From a virus (Duplodnaviria > Caudoviricetes): 50,963 bases of DNA. Location of the stretch: the IMG/VR virus record IMGVR_UViG_3300025520_000101, positions 1-50,963 of that record; one strand, 5' to 3'. A model generated the notes under the pieces. It ran no database searches, was not told the origin of the DNA, and saw only the letters and a list, made by a program, of their open reading frames with translations. Of this stretch, positions 19,118 through 27,671 are shown one piece after another (position 1 is the stretch's first letter; the number at the start of each line of letters is the position of its first letter). The translations under genes and the position numbers were made by a program.

Positions 19118-19528
19118 TCACTTTCTCTGGGATGTTTTCTGGCTTTCAACATAACGTTGAATGGCATCCATTGAGATTTCACCTACAGTTGATACGAGGT
19201 AACTATGGGTCCAAAGGGTGGGTAACTTGGTTCTTAATTGAGGAAATTCATCTCTTAAATATTTGGAAGTAATTCCTTTTAGGTTTTTAACCGCTTTATG
19301 AATACCTGTTTGCGGATCTACTTCAATTAATAGTTGCACATGATCTGGCTTGATTTCCAGTTGGATTATATCGATGTTCATGTTGGCACACGTTTCATTT
19401 AACAACTCCTTAAGCCGTGTTTCGACATCGCCAACTAGAATTTTTCTTCGATATTTTGGACACCAGACAACATGATATCTGCAAGAGTAGACTATATTAT
19501 TGCTTGATTTATATTTTGAATTTATCAT
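19118..19528 (-). CDS. tnpA: IS200/IS605-family Y1 transposase TnpA; HUH motif reads H-V-Q; no tnpB
   Basis: YHVVWCPKYRRKIL, PDHVQLL, LWTHSY, IQRYVESQK. Confidence 0.9.
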   Translation of the reverse strand: MINSKYKSSNNIVYSCRYHVVWCPKYRRKILVGDVETRLKELLNETCANMNIDIIQLEIKPDHVQLLIEVDPQTGIHKAVKNLKGITSKYLRDEFPQLRTKLPTLWTHSYLVSTVGEISMDAIQRYVESQKTSQRK

Positions 19529-19534
19529 ATTTGA

Positions 19535-19563
19535 ATTATATACGTGTTATTAAGATAATACAA
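19535..19563 (-). promoter_or_regulatory. tnpA promoter, probably giving a leaderless mRNA
   Basis: TTGTAT-17 bp-TATAAT-6 nt-ATG; no SD. Confidence 0.6.
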
Positions 19564-19569
19564 GCATGT

Positions 19570-19872
19570 TTACAGATTGAAATCTGGATATCTGAAAACA
19601 GACTCAATATAATTCAAATCTTCTTTTTCAATATCCACGATTCTGTTTTGAGTGGCCTTTATTATGAATAATTGTCCGAAGTATGCTGTATTATCATAAA
19701 TCAAGTTAATATTATCATATTCGTTAGGCTGGGCAAGGAGATAAAATCCTCTTCCAAGTGTAACGCTGATCAGCGAGAGATTTACTTCATGCGACAAATC
19801 GGCTATGCTTTTGGATGATACATACTCGTACTTAAAAGGGCTATCAGGGCGCTTTGAAAATATATTAGGCAT
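19570..19872 (-). CDS. Hypothetical protein
   Basis: SD GAGGTG; follows the recombinase. Confidence 0.55.
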   Translation of the reverse strand: MPNIFSKRPDSPFKYEYVSSKSIADLSHEVNLSLISVTLGRGFYLLAQPNEYDNINLIYDNTAYFGQLFIIKATQNRIVDIEKEDLNYIESVFRYPDFNL

Positions 19873-19883
19873 TATTGATCACC

Positions 19884-20583
19884 TCATAGAATGTATTTGT
19901 TGATGTGCTTATTATACTCGGTCTGAGCATCATTTATTGAAAGTTTTGAATAGATCTCTAATGATTTCCTACTTTCATGGCCACTATATGGCTGTATCAG
20001 TGCATCATCGATACCTTGTTTTTTTAACCAGGTGAACAAATAATGGCGCAGCTTATGTGGTGAAACATTTTTAGGGAGGTTGGCCGTCATAGAATATTTT
20101 TCAAGAATCTTTCGTATACCTCGATCGGTATATTTTTTGTTCCAGGATGATTCAAAGAGGTACACCGATTTTAATTTAAGCTTCTGATCTATATGAAAAG
20201 CAAGTAATTCTTTGAAGGATGAAGGGAAGGGGACAATCCTATCTTTATGACCTTTGCCATCGTTAATTTTAATCTGACATTCATTAAGCAGCACATCGAC
20301 AATTTTTAAATCGACAAGCTCTGAAACCCTTATTCCAGTGTATAAAAACATCTTAATGATTTATCATATCCTGAAAATTCTTAGAGCTCCACACAGCGTC
20401 ATAATAGCGCTTAATTTCTTCATCAGTAGGAACATAAGGGAGAGTTTTTTTCTTTTTGGGGATTTCAATCTCAAGTTCAGATCTAAGTTCTTTAAAAACA
20501 GCTTTCAAATAATCATAATCGGGTCGTTCATGGCGGAGATGCTTGGATAATTCTTTTGCCTTTTTCTTTGGTGATGTCCTCAT
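19884..20583 (-). pseudogene. Short tyrosine recombinase split by a +1 frameshift near 20361
   Basis: Removing one A from ATA-AAT-CAT restores DMIIIKMFLYTGIRVSEL; GKGHKDR, HKLRH, SGH and LEIY are intact. Confidence 0.85.
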
Positions 20584-20723
20584 GATCTGCTCCTTAAAAA
20601 GTTCCTATAATTGATAGAGTAGGAATAATTCTTATCGATTAGAGTATAACATTAGGGATATTGAAAAACAAATAGAGGTCCGTTTATATGAAGTTCCTTT
20701 TCTATTTAGATTTTCGGAAATAA

Positions 20724-20768
20724 AAAAACTACTGATACATAGGATTTATCTATGCTTCAGTAGTTTTT
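20724..20768 (-). terminator. Terminator of the leftward operon (possibly bidirectional)
   Basis: AAAAACTACTGA...TCAGTAGTTTTT inverted repeat. Confidence 0.6.
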
Positions 20769-20839
20769 GATTAGTTGGGTATTTGGATTTTAGTGTAGAG
20801 CATCCTCATTTTTTTCATTTCTATTGATATTTACGAAAA

Positions 20840-21475
20840 CTAATCTTTAATTTTTTCTCCAAAAACAGAAATCACATCTTCCTTCAAATAAAAATATCCA
20901 TTTTTCGTTTTCATGATAGGTATAAGCTTTTTATTTTTAACTATACCTTGTCTTGTAATTCCGTACATTTCAGATATCTCACTTGTTACCAATAATTCGT
21001 TTTTAATAAGCTCACGAATATTTATATCCTGATCAAGATTAATTATTCTGTCTGATTTTATTTTCGATTTTAACTTGTTAGTTAATGCCTCTGTGCTTTG
21101 ACTAGCAACTATAAGATTTACACCTTTATCAACTAATCTATCTACTAGACTTATTGTTTCAATTGATAATGCTGTGTAATCATCTATAATACACCAAATA
21201 TTATCATCTTCCTTACATGATTCTTTAATGCTCTCAACATAATTTTCTAATTCTAAATATGTTGAAAGCAACATATCTTTTTCAAAATTATTTAGTTCAT
21301 AATCCACACACATAACATTTGATAAGTGCTTCTTCAATAATCTTGAAATTTGTTGAAGATATGTCGTTTTTCCTGAAGCAGGTTTTCCAGTAACTAAAAA
21401 TAACTTGCCATTGCCATAAATCCATTCCCTTTTTTCATACATAAAATCATAAACCAAGTAGTCTATTCTATCCAT
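20840..21475 (-). CDS. P-loop ATPase with C-terminal excisionase/MerR-like HTH
   Basis: GKPASGKTT, CIIDD; LLVTSEISEMYGITRQGIV..LIP..YFYLKEDV. Confidence 0.7.
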   Translation of the reverse strand: MDRIDYLVYDFMYEKREWIYGNGKLFLVTGKPASGKTTYLQQISRLLKKHLSNVMCVDYELNNFEKDMLLSTYLELENYVESIKESCKEDDNIWCIIDDYTALSIETISLVDRLVDKGVNLIVASQSTEALTNKLKSKIKSDRIINLDQDINIRELIKNELLVTSEISEMYGITRQGIVKNKKLIPIMKTKNGYFYLKEDVISVFGEKIKD

Positions 21476-21526
21476 AATTTACACCTCACATACTTAATAT
21501 CATAACATTTCAATACTAGAATCCGA

Positions 21527-21847
21527 TTACCTATTATTTATTAATTCGCTTATACCCTTATTAAATAAATCTAGTTCATCCCATGAGTCATTTATATTCT
21601 TATTGAATTTATTAACTCTGTTAACAGATTCTAAAAATTTTTTATACTCTCTCTTGTTGAAGGGGATACCGTTTGAATAATATCCACCTTCTATAGGATG
21701 CTCGTAAAAATCGATTATAAATAGATCGTTCTTGTACAATTTTCCACTATAGTACTCACTATAATCATAATGGTTTAAATTGCTTTTTAGTTCTCTTAGT
21801 TTATATGAGGGGCCCAATTTTCTTTTTTTAGCTTTTCGTTTATTCAT
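21527..21847 (-). CDS. Hypothetical protein
   Basis: SD GGAGG; overlaps the upstream gene. Confidence 0.6.
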   Translation of the reverse strand: MNKRKAKKRKLGPSYKLRELKSNLNHYDYSEYYSGKLYKNDLFIIDFYEHPIEGGYYSNGIPFNKREYKKFLESVNRVNKFNKNINDSWDELDLFNKGISELINNR

Positions 21848-22523
21848 CGTCGCCCTCCTTTTCTTTATAAATCAGAAATGAATCTTCAAACTCATTCCTT
21901 ATTCCCACTTCGATGCGTTTCTTATAAAGATAATCGTAAATACCCAATTGGGTTAATAAAGCCTTACAGTAAGCAAGTGTACTTGATCTCCTTGAACAAG
22001 CTTTATTTGATACAAACATACCATCTTGACTTGCGAATAAAACTACTTTCAGAGTGTTCCATTCACAAATAATTTCAAAGCCGTATTGAACAACTGGTAA
22101 TTCAGAATACTCTCTCTCGTCATGCTCTACAAATACATTTGCATTAACAAATTCTCCAAAGGATCCGGTTGAACGCTTAGTAGATATAATAGCATCTATA
22201 TTATCAAAATATTGAGCTACCACATTTACTAAGTTTGCATAGTAAACATCTTTATATATAGGATTAATCTCCTTCATTTCATCCTTAGATGTTGTTATAT
22301 TCAGTTTATTTTTTTGTTTATCTACTGTATTTTTTAAATACAGCTCCTCAGCTAGAAATTCATTGATTTGTTCTCGGCCATCTTTAAAATACAAAACGTG
22401 ATATTTCATGGGAAAAATAAACCGTGTCATTTTGACAACAACACCTTCAAATAGGTGATTCTCATCAATTGTGCCTTCTGTGAATATAACTACATCACCA
22501 ACATTAATTTTATTTTTTTTCAT
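21840..22523 (-). CDS. Hypothetical protein, N-terminal SH3/KOW-like segment
   Basis: SD AGAGG, ATG 22523; INVGDVV...EFLAEEL. Confidence 0.6.
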   Translation of the reverse strand: MKKNKINVGDVVIFTEGTIDENHLFEGVVVKMTRFIFPMKYHVLYFKDGREQINEFLAEELYLKNTVDKQKNKLNITTSKDEMKEINPIYKDVYYANLVNVVAQYFDNIDAIISTKRSTGSFGEFVNANVFVEHDEREYSELPVVQYGFEIICEWNTLKVVLFASQDGMFVSNKACSRRSSTLAYCKALLTQLGIYDYLYKKRIEVGIRNEFEDSFLIYKEKEGDDE

Positions 22524-22833
22524 ATTTACCTCTTTCAATATTTTTTCTGAATTTATCCAACGTTACAGGTCTACCAGGATCATATTGACCTAAAATAACC
22601 CCATTCTGATTATGAAAATCTTTATTGAAGAAATCAATTGAGATAGCATTTTGTGTATTGATCATCCACGCTTCATCAAATAAAGGTGGGAGCATTTTCG
22701 CAAATGGTTTTCTTCGCATCGGCTTTCCATGCATTTTCAACCAATTATTTGACATGAATCTGTGTTCATAGTTTCTCTTAACCACTACGAAATCTGGCTT
22801 TTTAAAATCTTCTATACTCTGTGTTACAATCAT
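22510..22833 (-). CDS. Hypothetical protein, paralog 1 (SNNWLKMHGKPMRRKPF)
   Basis: SD AAAGGAG; homologous to 23725-24024. Confidence 0.65.
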   Translation of the reverse strand: MIVTQSIEDFKKPDFVVVKRNYEHRFMSNNWLKMHGKPMRRKPFAKMLPPLFDEAWMINTQNAISIDFFNKDFHNQNGVILGQYDPGRPVTLDKFRKNIERGKYEKK

Positions 22834-22926
22834 CAAGATGTTTCTCCTTTCATCTAGGGAAAAAAGCGAAAAAGCCATACATTAAAAGTCCACCAATACA
22901 CACATAAACCCCTTAGCATACATGAA

Positions 22927-23142
22927 CTATGCACTTAAAATATCTATTTTTTTAAGCTTTTCAAGCGCTGATTTTATATCGGATATACCGTCAGAGAGAG
23001 ATTCAATTAACTCTAACGTTTCACGATCCTTATTTTCAATGCGTTGATATTTATCCAATCGTTCCTTCTTAAACTTTAATTGTTCAGTCAATGCCGACTT
23101 TATCTCAAACACTTCATTAGCGGTAAACATAAACAAACTCAC
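22927..23142 (-). CDS. Small coiled-coil hypothetical protein
   Basis: 71-aa ORF in the operon; AAGGAG at the start. Confidence 0.55.
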   Translation of the reverse strand: MSLFMFTANEVFEIKSALTEQLKFKKERLDKYQRIENKDRETLELIESLSDGISDIKSALEKLKKIDILSA

Positions 23143-23210
23143 TCCTTCACATTTTATTCAAACAGCTTAATACCTATTAAACCTTCATCCTGATTAACGG
23201 AAATATTAGA

Positions 23211-23648
23211 TTATTTCTCACTAACTGTTACTTCACCAACGCCAATATGACCAATAATTTTACACTTAAAACATATATTGAATTTAGGACTATCTTGTCT
23301 TTCATCGTCGGCAAGCCTATAGATTGGTTCGCCACATTTAGAACAAGTTGTTTGTTCTTGCTTTCTAGCTTTAAAATAAGATTTCATTTTTTCCCTTTGT
23401 GGTTGTTCTTCAATTTTTAACTCTCGATTTCTCAATTCCCAGTTGAGCCACGTTAATTCATCTTTACTCATTCCCCAAGTGATTATTAGGAAAAGGAGAA
23501 CACCTACCCACAAAAAAAATGTATTTTTGTCGTAATGTCCAGTCCATGCATATAAAAGCCAGAACGCAATTGTAGTAACAATTGAACATAATAGAGCGAT
23601 CGGAACTGCCTTTGCAATTATCATTAAGTGACTTGTTAGTTTTTTCAT
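23211..23648 (-). CDS. Membrane protein (2 TM) with C-terminal Zn ribbon
   Basis: Two hydrophobic helices; CSKC...CFKC. Confidence 0.65.
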   Translation of the reverse strand: MKKLTSHLMIIAKAVPIALLCSIVTTIAFWLLYAWTGHYDKNTFFLWVGVLLFLIITWGMSKDELTWLNWELRNRELKIEEQPQREKMKSYFKARKQEQTTCSKCGEPIYRLADDERQDSPKFNICFKCKIIGHIGVGEVTVSEK

Positions 23649-23724
23649 ATTTACCTCTTTCTAAATTTTTTCTGAATATATCAAACGCTGCAGGACGACC
23701 AGGATCATGTTGACCAACAATGAT

Positions 23725-24024
23725 TCAATTTTGTTTTTTGATATCTTTACTGAAGAAATCGAATTTAATAGCATTTTGTGTATTGATCATCCACGCTTCA
23801 TCAATTAATGGGCGGGGCATTTTCTTGAATGGTTTTCTTCGCATTGGTTTTCCATGCATTTTCAACCAGTTATTTGATTTGTATTTGTGAAAATCATTTC
23901 TTTCAACTCTAATAAATTCGGGTCTTTTAAAATCCGCTAAGCTTTGTGTTAAGATGTGTTGTCTGCGTTCTTTTTTTCCAAGCTCGATTAAAAATTCTTT
24001 GCATTTTTCATTGAAATCACTCAT
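23725..24024 (-). CDS. Hypothetical protein, paralog 2, shortened by an in-frame TGA
   Basis: TGA aligns with GGG of paralog 1; homology continues past the stop. Confidence 0.6.
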   Translation of the reverse strand: MSDFNEKCKEFLIELGKKERRQHILTQSLADFKRPEFIRVERNDFHKYKSNNWLKMHGKPMRRKPFKKMPRPLIDEAWMINTQNAIKFDFFSKDIKKQN

Positions 24025-24025
24025 A

Positions 24026-24427
24026 TTAAACCTCTTTATCCATATTGAGCTTACCAAACCACAGTTCAAACGACATTCTCAATAAAAATGCAAAGTTCAA
24101 AACAATTACCATAATTTTTATTCCCCAAAAGAGGATGTCCATTATGACTAAATTTAAGAAAATCGAACCTAACGAAAGCTTTAATATTGGATATGCTGAC
24201 GAAATAAAAATTACTAGGTTAAGTAAAATACCGAAGATAGCTATGAATCTTGATTGTTTTTGTCTTCTGGTATTAATCAAATACAAAAGTGCTGAAGTGC
24301 CTAAAAACAAACTCAAAATCATTACTTCTATTTTCGTGTAATAAGCAAATGACAAACCTAGTATTAAAATCCAGGTAATAATTGCTGTAACTGTAGATAC
24401 CGTTAGAAAATCGTTATTTTTTCGCAT
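24026..24427 (-). CDS. Membrane protein (4 TM)
   Basis: SD GAGG; hydrophobic throughout. Confidence 0.6.
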   Translation of the reverse strand: MRKNNDFLTVSTVTAIITWILILGLSFAYYTKIEVMILSLFLGTSALLYLINTRRQKQSRFIAIFGILLNLVIFISSAYPILKLSLGSIFLNLVIMDILFWGIKIMVIVLNFAFLLRMSFELWFGKLNMDKEV

Positions 24428-24453
24428 TTGTGACCTCACAATCTATGTAGAAG

Positions 24454-24801
24454 CTATTTAAAAAGCGACAAGTTAAACATAATTAAGGCTAAACATATAG
24501 TAATAAATATAATCCAATAAAGCAGACCATCTATTTCGTACCATCGAGCCAGAAGATTAAAAGGGATAAGAACGATAATGGCAAGAGGAAACATGGTTAT
24601 TGAAAGAAGAATTAACATACCTACAGAATCTGGATATTTATCATACATAACACCAATTAAGTATGTAAATATCAATAGAGCCAACAGCAATAAGATCAGT
24701 TTCTTTTCTTTTTTTTCTCTTTCTAAATCTATACTATTTTTCTTTTTCATAGTGCACTCGATTTGATTTCTTCTCATTCTAAATCCTCTCTTTCTCAACA
24801 A
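24454..24801 (-). CDS. Membrane protein (3 TM); start uncertain
   Basis: Basic N-terminus followed by three hydrophobic segments. Confidence 0.55.
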   Translation of the reverse strand: MLRKRGFRMRRNQIECTMKKKNSIDLEREKKEKKLILLLLALLIFTYLIGVMYDKYPDSVGMLILLSITMFPLAIIVLIPFNLLARWYEIDGLLYWIIFITICLALIMFNLSLFK

Positions 24802-24874
24802 TCTTAGTTTCTAGTATTATTTTCACTTTCATTAATCGTTGTCTTTTCTTCCTTCTCAAACATCCACCCATATT

Positions 24875-25144
24875 CTAAAACAAAATAACCAAAGCAAGTG
24901 CATTTAAACCAACTTCTTTGTACTTAGTATAAAGAAAATGCTTCCAAGGTTCCGATGGAATCTTATAAGATTTGAGTCTATGTGTAACTGGATATGCTTT
25001 TTTAGTTTTTGGTTTTTTACTGATTCTCAATTTTTTTTGTCTATTATTGCAGTTAATACAAAGTTTTGGCGTGTGTCCTAGACCGATTAAAACACCGCAA
25101 GAAGAACATCGGTCAGGAGCTTTTCTTTTTTCATTGTAAGTCAT
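24875..25144 (-). CDS. Small basic Zn-finger protein
   Basis: SD GAGG, ATG 25144; CSSC...CINC; lies after unit B. Confidence 0.5.
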   Translation of the reverse strand: MTYNEKRKAPDRCSSCGVLIGLGHTPKLCINCNNRQKKLRISKKPKTKKAYPVTHRLKSYKIPSEPWKHFLYTKYKEVGLNALALVILF

Positions 25145-25190
25145 GATAAATCTACCTCGTATTAAAAGTGATGCTTCTTTTAAAAATATT

Positions 25191-25255
25191 TGTGACTCAA
25201 TATTGCTTTCTGCAGCCGGCGATCGATGCGACCAGGCAATCAAAAACGAGTTACA
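25191..25255 (-). repeat. 65-bp TGTAACTC...GAGTCACA unit, copy B
   Basis: Reverse complement of copy A with 1 mismatch. Confidence 0.9.
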
Positions 25256-25282
25256 AGATAGGATATTGAAAAAGAAATGTCA

Positions 25283-25681
25283 TTAATACGGTTCTGATTC
25301 GCCATCCCAATAATATGGACTGTTTTCGCAAGATTCTTTTGCAGCGCAATCTTTACATTCAGTACAGTCTTTAGTTTCGAATCTTGAATCACTAATTTGT
25401 CGATATAGGTTGATAACCTCTGGATTTTCTTCATTGAATCTTTCATCATTGAGTGCAGGTATCTTAAAAATGCCTTCCATATCATTCATAAGCTCAGTAG
25501 CGTTAGCGCCTTGTTCAAACTTTCCTCGAATGCGCTCCAATGCTAAGTAATAGCTATTCGGATTCGCTTCAACACATTTGCTGTGAAAGGGCCAACCACC
25601 TTCTCTAATTGTTATTTCTGATCCTTCTTTGACTGGTTCAAAGCAAACTCTACATACACCGAGATAATCATCATTTTTCAT
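25283..25681 (-). CDS. Cys-rich hypothetical protein
   Basis: CRVC...HSKC and CTECKDC....C; SD AAGGAG. Confidence 0.65.
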   Translation of the reverse strand: MKNDDYLGVCRVCFEPVKEGSEITIREGGWPFHSKCVEANPNSYYLALERIRGKFEQGANATELMNDMEGIFKIPALNDERFNEENPEVINLYRQISDSRFETKDCTECKDCAAKESCENSPYYWDGESEPY

Positions 25682-25693
25682 AGCTCGTCTCCT

Positions 25694-26191
25694 TTAAAAT
25701 TCTAATTCTTCACTATCTTCATTTGTGTCATCTTCTATTTCGTAAGGCCGTTTCCAGTACGTAGATTCATAGTACTTATAACACTCATCAACGAGTTTAA
25801 CTTCACCATTGATTAGCTCATATCGATAACTGTAATCATCCTCTTCTGGAAATACTTCAATCATCTGTACAGATTCAATGAAGTATGGCAGTAGTTTAAA
25901 GAAATGTTCAATCTCCTGATCGTAATTGTTTGTGCTGCATTGAAAGGTCCAAACTCCTGTGAATGAATCTAAGTGATTTAAGAATTCCTCATCATCTTCA
26001 TCCCAATCCCCTGGCATATGATGTAGAGGACCGTTAGGAATGTTTGAAGCATTTCTATATTTTCCAAATTCATGAAACATTATATCCGGATGGCTTAACC
26101 AATCGCCTGATGCCGCTATTAGATTAAAATTAGATCTAAATTCTTTCTTTACGACTCCTTTAAATCGTAAGCCAGTATATACACCACTCAT
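25694..26191 (-). CDS. Phage-type hypothetical protein with acidic tail
   Basis: SD AGGAGG, ATG 26191; MSGVYTGLRFK...WTFQCSTNNYDQEIEHFF. Confidence 0.65.
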   Translation of the reverse strand: MSGVYTGLRFKGVVKKEFRSNFNLIAASGDWLSHPDIMFHEFGKYRNASNIPNGPLHHMPGDWDEDDEEFLNHLDSFTGVWTFQCSTNNYDQEIEHFFKLLPYFIESVQMIEVFPEEDDYSYRYELINGEVKLVDECYKYYESTYWKRPYEIEDDTNEDSEELEF

Positions 26192-26201
26192 GCCAATCCT
26201 C

Positions 26202-26627
26202 CTACCAAATTTGATTTTTAAACCAGTCATAATAGCTATTTACCGTACTTTTTGTAAGATTGTAAATGCTTGCACATTCCTGAAATCCTTTTTCTTCAAC
26301 ATTTTTAATAAATTCCTGTTTCATTTCATCGGTCCAACGAATAGTGCCTTTTGGAGCATTGATAACTCTATTATTTGGTATTACAAGATCATCAATTGTA
26401 ATATGAAAAAATACGCAAACTTTCAAAGCAAATTCAAAAGAAAGTTTACAAGGATTTGCTTGGTTGTAGAAATTTTTTAGCTGACTTTTTGACACACCTA
26501 GCATATCAGCAATATATTTTAAGTTAAAATCACTGTTTTTGACCAATTCATACAAATTGTTTTTAATAGACTTGTTGTCTGCATTATTTAATTTATCTAT
26601 TAAAGATAGAATTTCTTCATATTTCAT
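26202..26627 (-). CDS. Double-HTH regulator (XRE-like plus C-terminal HTH)
   Basis: LKYIADMLGVSKSQLKNF...FHITIDDL; ECASIYNLTKSTVNSYY. Confidence 0.75.
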   Translation of the reverse strand: MKYEEILSLIDKLNNADNKSIKNNLYELVKNSDFNLKYIADMLGVSKSQLKNFYNQANPCKLSFEFALKVCVFFHITIDDLVIPNNRVINAPKGTIRWTDEMKQEFIKNVEEKGFQECASIYNLTKSTVNSYYDWFKNQIW

Positions 26628-26763
26628 AATCGTGTCAATCCTCTTTTCTTATCAAAAATAGTATATCAAAACCACACGTTATGTCTCAGTAAACATTTTA
26701 TTCTTGTAATGCTTTTTACAAATAATTTTCTATATTTTAATGTGAAGGTGAAGAGGGCGGTTT

Positions 26764-27090
26764 TTAATTGTTGATTACAACTTCTATTGATTTGCTGTCT
26801 TGAACAGTATATCTGACTGGAATAATGATGACTTGGCCAGGATATATTGGATCGTCTTTTAGATTGTTGCTTGTTTTGATTTCGTGTATTATTTGTCGAA
26901 CGTCCTCGTTGTAGTAGTTGAAATTTTTCGCTATATCCCAAAGAGTATCATTTGGGACGACTGTATATATATGATGTCTTGTATAAACCTCTTCTTTTGT
27001 GTTAAAATTATTGATGAAAGAGGTAATTGTGATTACAATGAGTATCAGTAGAGCGATTGAGCGAATCCTTCTAAATGTTCTCTTTTTCAT
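26764..27090 (-). CDS. TM-anchored single-LysM protein, YneA-like
   Basis: Basic N-terminus, TM, then YTVVPNDTLWDIAK...EIKTSNNL..IYPGQVIIIP. Confidence 0.8.
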   Translation of the reverse strand: MKKRTFRRIRSIALLILIVITITSFINNFNTKEEVYTRHHIYTVVPNDTLWDIAKNFNYYNEDVRQIIHEIKTSNNLKDDPIYPGQVIIIPVRYTVQDSKSIEVVINN

Positions 27091-27311
27091 ATTTTATCCT
27101 TTCTTGGAGGCAGGTGCGAACTGCCTTCTTTTATTTTTTTGTAGAAATTCAATTGTTGGATCTTCACCTTCAGATGAAACATGTTTAGTAAATGGAGATT
27201 TTGCATAGTTTCAATTTGTCAACCATTTTTACCCCGTATTTATGTGGGTTTTTTTACTTTTTATTATTTGATAAAATACAACTACTTGCGCCAAATGCAT
27301 AATCTTGCTAT

Positions 27312-27602
27312 TTAGTCAGATTGGGATAGAGATGCTGCTTTTTTAAAAACATACTCCAAATTTCGTTTCATTGTTTCCAGTTCACTTAAAAGATATTGTT
27401 GTTTTACAATTTCTTTGTTGGTCTGAAGCAGCCTTTTCTGCTTTTCTGCTAATTGTTTTTCAATATCCGGAATGCTCGTCATTGCGAAAAGGACCATATT
27501 TTCAAATTTTTCATTAAACCCGTCGCCTTTTTGTGATTCAACGAAATTCCGAACAGTTTCTGTCATGCGAATGCTCCTGCTGTACTCTTTTTTTTCCTTC
27601 AT
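27312..27602 (-). CDS. Putative ribbon-helix-helix protein with coiled coil
   Basis: SRSIRMTETVRNFV beta-alpha pattern, GFNEKFENMV, heptad tail; SD GGAGG directly after unit E. Confidence 0.6.
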   Translation of the reverse strand: MKEKKEYSRSIRMTETVRNFVESQKGDGFNEKFENMVLFAMTSIPDIEKQLAEKQKRLLQTNKEIVKQQYLLSELETMKRNLEYVFKKAASLSQSD

Positions 27603-27617
27603 GTCATACCTCCATTT

Positions 27618-27671
27618 TGTGACTCTATTTCATGTTGATTTCCAGGTGATCGATCTTATTTTTGAGTTACA
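27618..27671 (-). repeat. Shortened (54-bp) TGTAACTC...GAGTCACA unit, copy E
   Basis: Minus strand TGTAACTC-aaaaataagatcgatcacctggaaatcaacatgaaata-GAGTCACA; shares ATCGATC with A/B. Confidence 0.75.

Larger units (their letters stand above)
22515..23951. repeat. Diverged ~312-bp direct repeat (22515-22826 and 23640-23951)
   Basis: Offset is 1125 bp at both ends; both copies end in AGAGGTAAATATGAAAAAA on the minus strand. Confidence 0.85.

Noticed and set aside
20599-20625. Resemblance to yeast FRT (AAGTTCCTAT...TAGGAA)
   Set aside because: Spacer and arms do not match FRT and there is no vector context; treated as a native inverted repeat.
23725-23727. TGA aligned with Gly as stop-codon recoding
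   Set aside because: Other genes here end at TGA (3738, LSR, tnpA); a nonsense change is simpler.
22515-23951. Diverged repeat pair as DGR template/variable repeats
   Set aside because: Differences are not confined to adenines and no reverse transcriptase is in the window.
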